64,000 bases of DNA, taken from the NCBI GenBank assembly GCA_000004985.1, contig GG738892.1, one strand, 5' to 3'. The position numbers and the translations under genes were made by a program. Under the pieces are notes generated by a model. The model had not been told where the DNA came from. It searched no databases and saw only the letters and a program-made list of their open reading frames with translations. The DNA comes from Naegleria gruberi (lineage: Eukaryota). How positions within the stretch are numbered: the stretch's first letter is position 1; the number at the start of each line of letters is the position of its first letter. Shown one piece after another: positions 42,466 through 55,107 of the stretch.

Positions 42466-45400
42466 ATGTTTGTGAAATTATTATCTTGGGGTTTCCTGAT
42501 AGTAATTAGTCTGGTTGGCATGATTGTGCTGTGTTGCTTTTCAGCAATTTATACATTCATCTTGCCAATCAATGATCTCAAAACCTCTCTTCCATTTCAA
42601 TGTGAAGATTCACTCTCTACGATGGTGACATTCTCTGTTACTTTATTCAGAATTCTATTCATGTTTGTAATACCACCACAATACTTATACATCAGATCAA
42701 TAGTACACATGATTCTCTCATTGGTTGTGGCTGTTGTGCAAATTTATACATTATCCTATTTCAGAAGATTTGAGAATACTATCCATTTTGCAAGTACACT
42801 TTGCTCAGTTGGTGCTAGCATTGGAGTGTTGGTATCATCATTGGTGAATTCTAAAATGGAAGACATGATGGGAATTGCAATGTTTTTCGGAATAGTTCTT
42901 GGATTGTCACTTATCTTCTCCATTATTGGTGTATTGATTGGAGAAATTTACACTAGATCAATCATGAGAAGAATACGGTCAATAATGAAATCTCCATCTG
43001 CTGTTGTTGGCCATATGGCTAGTAGGAATTCCTATTCTCGACAAGACTCTTATTCTACAGAGAAAGAATCGGCCGAAATCTATCTTTCATTAGAAAATTC
43101 TCTAAGACAACTGAAATTGTTTTTGAGATTTTGCTCTTCCGCACAAGATATTGAATTGGTGGTTTCATTTATTAAGGGAATTTCCACAAAGAAACAGTTT
43201 AATGATCCCAAGTTGATAACAACTTCAGCCATAATGATCGGACACAGATGGAATGATACAAATAGGTATAATTTTTCAGTTTATCTATTAAAGAAAGCCT
43301 CTCGTTTAGGAGGAAATTATTGGGAAACTCTCAATATGCATTATAGAGTGAAACAATTTGAAAGAGATCAAAGTAATTTGTCATTTCAAGGTCGGTACAC
43401 ATTAGAGATTAAGAATGCAATTTCTATTCTTGAAAAGAAACAAGAGGAGCTCAAAATTGCTCATAAAGCATTCTGGAAAGAGCTTACTATTGAAAGGCCA
43501 AATACATCAAAGCTAGCCAATTTAAACTCTCTTTCAGCAAAATTAACTAGGCATTGTGATGAAAATTTCGGAATCTTGATGAAGAATTTCCCACATGATA
43601 AAACTGTTATACGGCACTATGCTAAATATGTGGAATCCATCAAGTTGGACAAAAACTTATCAAGTCAACTGTTTGAAGAAGCGACAGTTCTAGAAGATAA
43701 GGAATCAAATCATTACAAACAACCAAACTTGAAACGAAATTTAAGGTCAAGTTTGAGAATCTACCCTGTTGATAGAAAGGCCTTCAGAGAAGATGATGAT
43801 GAAATTCTCACAAACAAACAAGATTTTGAAGGAATAGAAAATCTCTCAGAGAACAAAAAGGAAGAAGCTTTGCGAAATGCTCTCAGCTCTCCTTACCAAT
43901 CCAAAATAAGAACAATTGCTTATGCTTTCATGTTCTCCTTATGTATTGCTACGGTGGTTGTTTGTTTTGCATTAACTAATTATTATCAAACATTATTATC
44001 AAAATATCCTCTTATTAAGGATTCATGTTATATCCAGAGTACTTATGGTGGTTTATTTAGAAATTTGAGAATGGCTCAGATAGTTTGGGAGTTTTATGAT
44101 GATTTAAAAACTCCATTTCCATTGGTTAATACAACAGAATACGATAATATACAATTGTTCAACAGCACCTTTATGGAAAAGATTGAACTAAAGAGAGAAG
44201 CGTTAAGAAAGTTGGAGGAGAACTCCAATTCAGGCGTATTTACACCTGGAATGTTTACTGATTTTACAATAGAAGATAAGCTTATCAATATTCCACTCCC
44301 TAACGATACAGGAATAAGGAAAGAGTTTACTAACATTTTTAAAAGATATGCTTCTTCAAGAGAAGTAAACTCCGTCATTTTGGAACACATTGAAAATTCA
44401 GTTATGAATGGAAAGATGAAATTTTATGAAGTTGTAACGAGGTAAGAAGAATTCAAATTTATAATATTAATATTGTAGTTATGAGTTTATGTATATTTAT
44501 CAAAATAGAAGAACAGGAGCTGATGCTTTCTTAGCATTTTGTAAATCGATGCAAGTTAGCCAAAAGACCTTTATCGATGAAACTAGAAATCTCTTACTCA
44601 ATATTGTTATTGGCATTGGTATTTCTGTACTGGGAATTTTTTTGACATTCTTAATAATATCAAGAATTGAAATGGAGATATTTTCTATTGTACTCTCCAT
44701 GTTCAAAAAATTGCCAAAAGACATTCCTGGTTTCATTTATCAGGATTTGGAAAAGCAATCCAAACATGATGAGATGAAAAAATTTGACAAACAGTTAATG
44801 CCTAATGAAAAGAATAAGACCTTAATTGTTGGATTAATCATATGCGTCTTGATAATAGTTTCCATCGTTTTGTTTTATTATGAATTTTCAGATAATACTG
44901 ACAAAGCAGAGCAATGTTCAACATTGATTTAGCCAGTTACATGGTGAGAGTTTCTAATAGAATGACTCAAAGATTGAATGAAATATTTTCATATAAGGTA
45001 CTACCTCTTGGAAAAGCTGTTAATCATCCAGCTGTTGTCACTAGTGCACTTGCTGATCAATACAGATTAGAAAATAGAGATCACGTGCAAATATTACATT
45101 CAAGTTACAATCAAATAGTATATGGATCAAATAATACTGACAAGCTAATAGGAATTTTTGATGAAATAGATGAAATGTTAATTGGTTCAAATTGTAATAC
45201 TACTGAGCACATGAATAATTGTACAAGCCTCATTGATTTAATCACGTTTTTCTGTGTTAAAGCTGCAGAAGCCACAGAGAACTTATTCAATCCTCTAAAT
45301 GCTAAGAAAACCATTGAAAAATTTTATGATGTTTTGTATCTTTACAACTTGAATGACTTTGTTACAACTAGAATCAATCACTTTTTAGATTTGATAGTAA

Positions 45401-47518
45401 AATATACTGAAAGCCCAAATAGAACTCTCTCAATAATTGTATTATGCATAACTATAATTTCTATGCTAGTACTGGGATGGTACTTCTATAGATGCATAAC
45501 AGAGTTTGACAATGAGATGACTATCCTTAGATCCTTCCTTGCATATGTCCCATCAGAGTGGATAGAATCTAATGAAGAGTTTAAAAACTTTGTATTTTAC
45601 AAAACTATTCCCATGTGGAATTTCAAGAAATCAAATTCTGCAGTTAAAGGTTCAGATGCAGTTAGTAATATTCTACAATCAATGATTGATGGAGCTTTCA
45701 TAGCAAATGAAAAATCAGAAATCCTATTATTCAACAATGCAGCTCAAAAGATGTTCTCCAAGAACCCGTCTGAAGTTATGGGATTACCTATGCAACATTT
45801 GTTTGACTCATCTCATGAAACTGCGTTGAAACAATTCATAGATAACAGAAACAAGTATTTGGAATCACAAGGAGGTGAGCTATATGAAGTAGATTGTGTA
45901 AGAAAAAATCAAACAAGATTCCCAGCTTCCCTCAATCTGTTTGTTACCAGGAATGAGGATAAAAAGACAATTATTGTTGGATTTTTCAAAGATATAACTA
46001 TGGAGAAGAAACAGAATAATCTTCTCAATGAAGAAAAGAAGAATTCAGATATATTACTTAGGAATATCCTTCCAGAAGCAGTTGCCATCAAATTGAAATC
46101 AGGCGAAACTGAAATTGCAGAAAAATTCCAAGATATTACTTGTTTCTTTTCGGATATCTGTACACAAACTCCCTCCGCTTTTTTAACGGGATCCCAACTT
46201 TGATGACCCACAACAGAATAGTTACTTAGTGATTCATCATAATTTAACTTGTATGGTGTGCGCCTATATGTTAACTATCATCAGAATTGTTTTCAGCAGT
46301 TTATGTGTAGTAGGTCGATTGAAAACCTCAATTGAGTGAAAACATATATGAAAATTTCAAAATCCAATAAAACCAGAACCAGTATATGCCAAGCTCCAAA
46401 TATCGAGATATGTACTCAAAACATCTTGAAATATAACCACAATCATTGGTTTGTTGATATTTATTGTCTGGACAAAGATATGCAGGGTTAAAGTTGAGCT
46501 ATTTTTCAAACTCAACTCAGTTGAAGTGGAACTGAAATGGAAGGTTGTTTCGGACTGAGTACCAAATAAGCAAATAAAGTCAAACAACAAATATTTAAAA
46601 AATTTAAGTTTTATTATTGTTTCTACAACCAAAACAATATTGGTTGTAGTTGTATGTTCAGGAACACAATATTCACCAATGGGAATGTCTTCCTCCTCCA
46701 TGAGAACCATAACAGGTCATTCAAAGAGAACTGTGATGAGAGCAGAAGTGGCAACAACCATGTGAACGGAAGATAGCTTCCTGTATTGCTTGCAAGTCTT
46801 ATCTGGTAGTGTGGTGGGGCATGATGAAGAGAAAGGACCNNNNNNNNNNNNNNNNNNNNNNNNNNNNNNNNNNNNNNNNNNNNNNNNNNACAGAGATTTA
46901 TCATTTGGAAAAGATTAAAACAATTGGGGATGCGTAAGTTGTCTTTTAACAAATTGAGTTCACTAACTGCAATACAAAGATATTTTTGTGTGGGAGGTCT
47001 TCATAATTATCCTCAATCAGATCACCCAGAACGTTCTCTTCGTTTCTCCATTGATACTCTCTCTGTAATTCACAAATATAACGAAGAAAACAATAAGAAG
47101 GTCAATATTAGAATTGGTTTAAATACTGGAAGTGTTATTGCTGGAGTTTTGGGTAAGAAAAAGTTTGCTTACGTAAGTTGAACTTCCTTTCAATATTATT
47201 GATTTCAACAAACAGGATTTATGGGGAGATACTATTAATTTTGCCTCAAGAATGGAATCAACTTCATTACCTGGAAGAATTCATATTTCCAGATCTACCT
47301 ATGAAAGAGTTTATGATTTAGGAATGGAATTTGAAGAAAGAATGGTGGAAGTGAAAGGAAAAGGACTATGTAAAACATATCTTTTGAAGGATAAGTATCA
47401 TGTCAATCCAATTGATACTGAAGTTATTGAAGCAACAAAGTTTGATGAGGAAATGAATGAAATCACTGAAGGTACATCATTGGTTGGTGATGGATTGGTC
47501 AGGCATACAGGTGAATAA
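42466..47518 (+). CDS. Receptor-type class III adenylyl/guanylyl cyclase: N-terminal multi-TM region, large middle domain, TM, PAS domain, C-terminal cyclase catalytic domain. The model is incomplete, with one unresolved frame break (~44920) and an N-gap (46840..46889) inside the catalytic domain.
   Basis: Segments: 42466..44438; a GTAAGA intron to TTGTAG (44478) or AAAATAG (44508); 44479..~44932, which is then out of frame with 44914..46203 (the PAS-like region ILQSMIDGAFIANEKSEILLFNNAAQKMF...VGFFKDITMEKK and the start of the cyclase, FFSDI). After the gap come 46890..46933 (TEIYHLEKIKTIGDA), 46980..47172 (YFCVGGLHNYPQ...IRIGLNTGSVIAGVLGKKKFAY) and 47216..47518 (DLWGDTINFASRMESTSLPGRIHISRSTYERV...), with GTAAGT introns at 46934..46979 and 47173..47215. 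These are the canonical class III cyclase metal-binding and substrate motifs. Confidence 0.6.
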
Positions 47519-47526
47519 AGAAATAA

Positions 47527-47695
47527 CTTTAGGGATTATACTTTGTTCCAAAGAAACCCAAATTTTGATCTCACTCTTTCTGTACTAATTCCATCTCTAA
47601 TATCCTCAAATGATGAGCAGCAGAACATGTTGGAAATAATTTCTGACAGTGTTGTGAATAGGACTAATTTATCAACACTAGCTGATATGTTGGAN
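47527..47695 (+). pseudogene. Fragment duplicated from the 3' part of the downstream gene (48485..48705) with an internal ~80-bp deletion. It is followed by an N-gap and then a second copy of the cyclase 3' end (47745..47833, matching 47430..47518).
   Basis: Direct sequence identity: GGGATTATACTTTGTTCCAAAGAAACCCAAATT...GATCTCACTCTTTCTGTACTAATTCCATCTCTAATATCCTCAAATGATGAGCAGCAGAACATGTTGGAAATAATTTCTGACAGTGTTGTGAATAGG is shared. TTGAAGCAACAAAAGTTTGATGAGGAAATGAATGAAATCACTGAAGGTACATCATTGG... is repeated on both sides of the gap. Confidence 0.6.
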
Positions 47696-47920
47696 NNNNN
47701 NNNNNNNNNNNNNNNNNNNNNNNNNNNNNNNNNNNNNNNNNNNNTTGAAGCAACAAAAGTTTGATGAGGAAATGAATGAAATCACTGAAGGTACATCATT
47801 GGTTGGTGATGGATTGGTCAGGCATACAGGTGAATGAAGAAATAACTAATAATATTCGATTCATTGATTTAGAGAATTGAGATTATGTAGTAGATATGTG
47901 AAAAATCTAATAGAAAAAAA

Positions 47921-48863
47921 ATGAAACGAGTAAATTCTTCTAATGATGAAGATTCTTCACCTCCAAACAAAATAACTAAATTTTGTGAACAAGTGGAAAG
48001 TTTATCCTGTTTAGAAATTGCAACTCTGATTAAACATTGCCACAAGGTTCGCGGAAGAATAATTCTTGATTTATTATCGAATATTCCGGACGAAATTATT
48101 CTTCATATTTTAATGTATTTGGATCCATTGGAAAGAATTGCACAAGGACCACGAAATTGTTGTAAAACTTGGAATGGGAGTATTCACAATTTAACTGTTT
48201 TGTGGAAACTTGCATTGGAACATTTAAAAATTGAAAATGATGAATTGGATGAGGATGATATTGAATTTTTAAAGATTAGATCCCTAAATAGACAACCAAA
48301 AGCAGTACAGTTTGATTATTGTTCTGATGATGAATCTTACAACTTTTCGAAAAAAGATCTCGTTCACCATTCAAAAGATTTCAATATCATTACCAAAAAC
48401 CCACGTATAGAAACTTCAAATAACAAAACTTACCACAATATTAGGGAATATATTTCGCATTACTATTTGGATACTGAGTTGATTGAGGGATTATACTTTG
48501 TTCCAAAGAAACCCAAATTCTTTAAATTTGAAATTTCAGCAAGTGGCAATTCTCGTTGGACTGAATATTCAACTGATGATCCAACAACGTATGATTTTGA
48601 TCTCACTCTTTCTGTACTAATTCCATCTCTAATATCCTCAAATGATGAGCAGCAGAACATGTTGGAAATAATTTCTGACAGTGTTGTGAATAGGTATCCT
48701 CAATATTCACAACACTAGCTGAATATGTTGGAGAATCCAATAATGGTGTTAGATGGTTTACTAAATGGTTATCAAATTTTGGTTTTTTACCAGATGATTT
48801 CGATGCAGAGAGTGAATTGGAGGGTTTAGTTGATGATGTGAGTGAAGAGGAAGATGACGAATA
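47921..48863 (+). CDS. F-box-like protein with an acidic C-terminus. There is a frame discontinuity near 48700 (the ORF stops at 48718; the coding frame continues 48726..48863).
   Basis: F-box-like LSNIPDEIILHILMYLDPLERI. After the in-frame TAG at 48716..48718, a +1 frame encodes EYVGESNNGVRWFTKWLSNFGFLPDDFDAESELEGLVDDVSEEEDDE* with good coding character. The paralogous fragment at 47640..47695 differs here by +5 and +1 indels, so the local frameshift may be real or an error. Confidence 0.5.
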
Positions 48864-48886
48864 AATTTATGATTTATTTTCACTGA

Positions 48887-51800
48887 TTAAAGCATCATTA
48901 AGAATGCAGCCAAAATTGAAATAATCAACAAGGAACAATTAATCATGAAAGATCCTGAAACAGTGGCAAAATTGACTGGTGGTAATGAAATGGTAACCTT
49001 TTCAATCACATTTCCTGAAGCATCTGCAGTTGAAATACTTCCAAATGAAGCTGAAGTGGAGGCAGTATCTGGATTTTTAACAGAACCTAAAGCAATAGAA
49101 ACCTTTCCAACAGAAACTTGAGAGCTCACAGCTCCTGAGATGGTGTTGCCATTGACATTAACATTACTAATAGTAATTTCACTTCCACTAGCATCTGTAA
49201 CAGTAATTGTTGAAGCCATAATTGCTCTCTTTTGAACAATTGAGACAACATATCCATTTGGTAAACTGAGGGTAATTGAGCCACCCTTTGGAATTGGACT
49301 AGCAATCTTGACAACAATTGTAATGGATCCAACACCTCCTGGAACTCTATTAGAACCACCTGATGAACCAGCAGTAGTAGAAACTTCAATAGAGACAGCA
49401 GAAGATTCTTGAGCAGCAGTTGAGCCACTAGCTGGAATGACAGCAGTCAAATAGGCGGTATAAGTTGTCACTGGTGAGAGACCAGATGAAAGAACATAGC
49501 TAGTACCAGAAATAGATGAAACTGAAGCAACTTGAGTTCCAACAGCATCTCTAATTACCAAAGAATAAGTTATTGAGCTTGCGGCAGTTACTGAAGCAGT
49601 CCATGAGAAAGTGGCACCTGCAGCAGTGACATCTGAAACCTTCAAGGCAGTTGGTGGAGCAACAGAACTTGGTGAAGGACCATCATATGCAAACAATCCC
49701 TTCAAGGTAATAGTTCCAGCAGAAATGGAATAAGAAGCATCAGCCCAATTCTTGGCAGTATTAGAAACTGTATTGACATTTGGGAAACAAATCTTGAAAT
49801 CATTTGTGGACTTTTTGGTTCTTCCCATAGAATAATCCATAGCATCTCCAATTTGTCTATAGAATGTTTCATTATTATTATTGACACATCCAGCATTACT
49901 ATTACCCAAGAAGAGAATATCCAACAAGTTGGCGTTGAGATTATTATCACTCAATGGATTAGTACACTTAATGTTATCTCCACAATCAGCATCTGATGAA
50001 CATGTTTGAGCATTCAATAATTGCTTACAGAGATTACCTTCACAGAAGAGGTAGAAGTTTGGAATGCCTTCTGGATTGTTTGTACAACGAGAGGTGTGGA
50101 CGTGGATTTTAATTTGACTGTCCAATAATGAGAAGAGATTAGTATAGGTGAATCTACAACCTTTGGTTTCGTAATCTGAATAGGTACAAGTGGATGGCAT
50201 TTGAACGTTCAAAGTACTCAATGAAAGGAGTGAAATAATTCTTTGCATTGGTGAAATAGTCCAAGAACCAGCAGAGAAAGTATTAGAATTGGAAGAAAGT
50301 AAAGCCAACCAAGCTTTAGCATTGTAAGGTTGAACCAAAACTCTTCTCAATTCACTTGTCCATCCATTATTGCATGAAAAGATGGAATTAACAACAGTTT
50401 CGTTTCGATTGTGGTAGATCCGTAATTAATATTTGGTGAGTAAATTGTCATCAAATTTGGACCAAATTGCAAAACTCCATTACAATCATATTTCAACATG
50501 AGAGTATACTTGTTTGTATCATAAGATGGGAACAATGGATCAACAGGAACTGAGATTGAGGCAGTTCTCTTTTCAGAAGCAACAATATTTGAACCATCAG
50601 CTAAAATACCATCCCATGAAGAGACACTTGACAAGGAAATGGTACATGTACGATTATATGTTGTGGTATTACAACTTGGACCAATATAATCATAATAACA
50701 CATACAGACACCTTCAGTGGAGGTGGTAGCAGCATCTTCAAAGTTTGGAGTGGCAAAAACACAAGAACCATGTCCAGAACAGACATCTGGGCTAGTAGCA
50801 GCAATACCATTACAAGTGACAGGTTTTTCACAGAGCTCACCAGTAAATTTGGTTCCAGTACATTGACATTTACCAACAACACCTGAGGATGCGACACATA
50901 CACCACCATTTTGACAACTAGGACAACTGACTGAATATTCACATTGAGCTCCAGTATATCCTTTAGTACATGAACAATAACTCAATGGATTATAAGCAAT
51001 AGTGTGACAAGAACCACGTCCATTACAAACTGATGGATTAGTAGAATTGTAAGAACCACACATAATTGCTTGAGAACACAAAGAACCAGCATAACCATAA
51101 TTACATTTACAGACACCAATGTTACCAGCAACGAGGGAACAATAACCATTTCCACTACAAACAGAGGCAGATGTGGAATCAACACCACCACAATAATAAA
51201 CAGAATCTTGGACTGATGAAACAGTTCTCTTTGCTTGTGGAATGGCAATTTCAGTAACAACAGAAGTAGGAGCAGCAACATCAGCACTCATTGGAACTAC
51301 AGCAGTTTGTTGAGTCTCTTGAGATTCGGATAAAGTTCTGGAAACTACCTTTGCAGTACAAGTAGCTTGTACATTAGCTCCAGGACTCAAAATTGGTGCC
51401 AACTTTGGACCACACATCTTGATTGAAGTATAGGTCTTTGTTGAAGTTTGACTCCAATGATTGGCCAACATTGTCTTCATCAATGAATCAATTAATTGTT
51501 CTGGAGATTTACAAGTTTGGAATTGATTATAAATTCCAGCAAAAAAGAAACCAAAACCAAATTGGAAATTTGAGCCATATCCAGCATTATTTGGAACATC
51601 CCAACAAGTTAAACTATTTCCACCACAATCAGAATCTTGTTGACAAGGATAACCAATCTTATCACAATCATCACCTTTACAATGAATTGCAATATATGGT
51701 AAACGTTGTGGAATTGAAAAAGTTGCACGATTTCCACTTGTTTCAGATGGACAAGAAGCCAAAGCAACTTGAATTTGAGTACTTCCAAGAGCAAGTGAGA

Positions 51801-52307
51801 ATAAACATGGAGAACCATTCGAAACATCATTCAAATTACAACTTGAAATTTGTGCGAAATATTTAGAATTGGACATTTGCATCCAATTATTAGGAGCATC
51901 AGATTGTGCAGGACATGAAGTATCAAGAGCAGCTCTTCCCTTCATGGAATTCCATAAAAATCCTTCGACACCTGGAACATATTGTCTTTGGAAGTTTCGT
52001 TCAGTAATTGATGGACAACGACATTGATTAACTCTTAATCTTGCTTGTTCGATGGCATAATTAGTAGCAGAATAGGCCAAACCAATGTTAATGTTGGATT
52101 CTAGAAGAGATCCTTTCAAAAGACGCATGTAACCATTGCCTGATTAGTGACAGATGCAAATTAATATAAAAATATTAAACATGACATGTTAATAAAAATT
52201 AAAGTCTACCAAAACCTACATGAGAGTGAAATAATTTCACGTTGATGAGATGAACACACCAATGTCACCACAAGAATGACAAATGTCAAGCAATGTAATA
52301 ATTTCAT
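48887..52307 (-). CDS. Large Cys-rich (EGF-like repeat) and Ser/Thr/Ala-rich cell-surface protein with an N-terminal signal peptide, an internally duplicated Cys-rich domain and a GPI-anchor-like C-terminus. complement(join(48887..50350?,50347?..52139,52241..52307)), with a 1-nt frame break near 50350.
   Basis: Exon 1 is MKLLHCLTFVILVVTLVCSSHQ (signal peptide). A GTGAAA..AATCAG intron (52140..52240, phase 1) joins it to ...NGYMRLLKGSLLES. Multiple EGF-like CxxxxGxCxCxxGYxGxxC units lie in 50600..51100. The downstream ORF (48887..50350) is in the -1 frame but repeats the upstream domain (CKGDDCDKIGYPCQQDSDCGGNSLTC vs CEGNLCKQLLNAQTCSSDADCGDNIKC). Then come S/T/A/V-rich repeats and a C-terminal GSFMINCSLLIISILAAFLMML. 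Confidence 0.6.
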
Positions 52308-52538
52308 TTTTTTTGTGAATGTTTAAACTCTTCAGCAACTTGGTTACAAGAAACGTGAAGGGCATCAACAGTTAAAAATCACCGAAAACCTATTTTCATG
52401 AAGATGGTGGAAACCATTTTTGGTCTTTTAAGTTTCTTCTTGTTTTTAACTTGCCTTTTTAAAGTTTACAATAAAGCGACAACGGCTAAACTAAACTAAA
52501 GTGGAAAGCATGGATGAGATTTTGGTCTCTGTGTTTAA

Positions 52539-54086
52539 ATGAAAGGTGCATACCACAGTGTGTTGTTGAAGCATTCAGGTTCATCCTTCCACATGATTGT
52601 TGACACTGAAAAAATGATGTTGACACTTCCTGCTAAATATCCAATAATTAGTTTTTGTGTTTGTTTGGTGATTTTGTTGGCGAGTTGTGGATTGAGTGTT
52701 TGGAAATTAAAAATTGATTCGGATCCTTTTAAACTTTTAACACATTCACATTCGAATGCCAAGTTGAAACGAGACGAAATGAATTTATTGTTTCCTAAAT
52801 ATAATATATGAGAGCAGTGAGCATATTTAAGGGATCCTCTAGANNNNNNNNNNNNNNNNNNNNNNNNNNNNNNNNNNNNNNNNNNNNNNNNNNNNNNNNN
52901 NNNNNNNNNNNNNNNNNNNNNNNNNNNNNNNNNNNNNNNNNNNNNNNNNNNNNNNNNNNNNNNNNNNNNNNNNNNNNNNNNNNNNNNNNNNNNNNNNNNN
53001 NNNNNNNNNNNNNNNNNNNNNNNNNNNNNNNNNNNNNNNNNNNNNNNNNNNNNNNNNNNNNNNNNNNNNNNNNNNNNNNNNNNNNNNNNNNNNNNNNNNN
53101 NNNNNNNNNNNNNNNNNNNNNNNNNNNNNNNNNNNNNNNNNNNNNNNNNNNNNNNNNNNNNNNNNNNNNNNNNNNNNNNNNNNNNNNNNNNNNNNNNNNN
53201 NNNNNNNNNNNNNNNNNNNNNNNNNNNNNNNNNNNNNNNNNNNNNNNNNNNNNNNNNNNNNNNNNNNNNNNNNNNNNNNNNNNNNNNNNNNNNNNNNNNN
53301 NNNNNNNNNNNNNNNNNNNNNNNNNNNNNNNNNNNNNNNNNNNNNNNNNNNNNNNNNNNNNNNNNNNNNNNNNNNNNNNNNNNNNNNNNNNNNNNNNNNN
53401 NNNNNNNNNNNNNNNNNNNNNNNNNNNNNNNNNNNNNNNNNNNNNNNNNNNNNNNNNNNNNNNNNNNNNNNNNNNNNNNNNNNNNNNNNNNNNNNNNNNN
53501 NNNNNNNNNNNNNNNNNNNNNNNNNNNNNNNNNNNNNNNNNNNNNNNNNNNNNNNNNNNNNNNNNNNNNNNNNNNNNNNNNNNNNNNNNNNNNNNNNNNN
53601 NNNNNNNNNNNNNNNNNNNNNNNNNNNNNNNNNNNNNNNNNNNNNNNNNNNNNNNNNNNNNNNNNNNNNNNNNNNNNNNNNNNNNNNNNNNNNNNNNNNN
53701 NNNNNNNNNNNNNNNNNNNNNNNNNNNNNNNNNNNNNNNNNNNNNNNNNNNNNNNNNNNNNNNNNNNNNNNNNNNNNNNNNNNNNNNNNNNNNNNNNNNN
53801 NNNNNNNNNNNNNNNNNNNNNNNNNNNNNNNNNNNNNNNNNNNNNNNNNNNNNNNNNNNNNNNNNNNNNNNNNNACCTCTTGACTATTCCTTTATTGATT
53901 TGTTCCTTGTCAACTGTGGTCAGCATTCTGCCTCTTGCATTTCATGATATCAAGATTGTGAAAAAGTACTTTTTCGATATTATTATTTTAGGACAAGGTA
54001 TTTTATTGTTTAACGTATTGGTAATATTCCCTGCAATATTATCATTAATTGAAAAGTTGAGATCTAGGAAAATTCCAGCTCTTTAA
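52539..54086 (+). CDS. Patched/Dispatched/RND-superfamily-like multi-pass transporter, copy 1. The N-terminal part and the C-terminal part are separated by a 1032-N gap at 52843..53874.
   Basis: The N-terminus has TM1 (ISFCVCLVILLASCGLSVW) followed by KLKIDSDPFKLLTHSHSNAKLKRDEMNLLFPKY, resembling the post-TM1 IETDPxxLW loop-start of RND/SSD proteins. After the gap, 53877..54086 encodes LLTIPLLICSLSTVVSILPLAFHDIKIVKKYFFDIIILGQGILLFNVLVIFPAILSLIEKLRSRK, identical to the end of copy 2. Confidence 0.45.
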
Positions 54087-55107
54087 TTCTACCAAACTCT
54101 TTCCTATTTTACCCACTAAAATCTAAACCTACCAATAAAACAAATTTGAATCACCAAAGCCATGTCGAGTATTGCATGATAAAATAATTTTCCCTTTTCC
54201 TTAACTTTCACGAAATAATTGCTACGGTACATCAACAATAATACTGTTAACAATTTATACTTCAAGATGATTGGTTAGTGTCAGCAATCGCAAGTCACAT
54301 ATATTTGGTAAAACGTTGTTTTAGGTTTTCATTTGTGTACAATAAATTATTACAAAAATGTGAACAGAGCTTATTGTTAACTACGATTTGTCACTAATCC
54401 CTAGACAAATTCTGTTTCAGTAATTTGTGAATTAAATATCGTTAGTATTGCTTGTAAAGAATAGACGGTGGGCAGTACCATGTATTCGTTGTTCCAACTA
54501 GAGTCGAGCCAATTTTATTAATATTTTAATATTATTTATTCTTCTGATGATATTTCGTCGCCACTTTATTCATCACTTCCACTTTGTGGATTCTGATGCA
54601 TCATCTTCCTCATATTCTGATCCGCTGGTAGTATCGTCTTGGTAAATTCTTGGAAAGCTTTTGGAGTTTATGGTTTGATGGTTGGTATTTCATCATCAAC
54701 AGGATTTCCTCTTTTTGTTGCCAATTTCTTGGTTTCTTTGTTGTTGGAGATTTAGATGTAAGAAGAAGATTCCAGTCAAAGAAACTTCCTGATGATGGGT
54801 TGTTGTATTAATTTTCTAACCAACTGCCATGTTGTTCAGTTGCTTCCAAATACCAGCTTGTGATTGGACATTGTGGCCAGTAGACAAAACCTAGTAAAGA
54901 AGTTCCATAAACTTCATTCTCCAAACAAGTGATTTTGTTGCAATTTGCCAAAGATGCAGTGATAAGAAGAAACTGGTTAGCGAAGGATTATTATTTAAGG
55001 TGATGTGTTTCAGAGAAACCTAATCAATTAAATTTATTCTCGTAGCGCCTCTAATAATGAAATTGAATATAACAGAAATTGGTGACAATTCTACACAACA
55101 AGATGAA

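Noticed and set aside
46357-46952. Minus-strand ORFs (117 aa and 109 aa) between the PAS and cyclase regions.
   Set aside because: One is the reverse complement of a + strand cyclase exon and spans the N-gap. The other has no protein-like features, so it is probably intronic or non-coding.
52535-53947. Long ORFs of X residues on both strands, and likewise 59201..61147.
   Set aside because: They are artefacts of translating N-runs (assembly gaps), not sequence.
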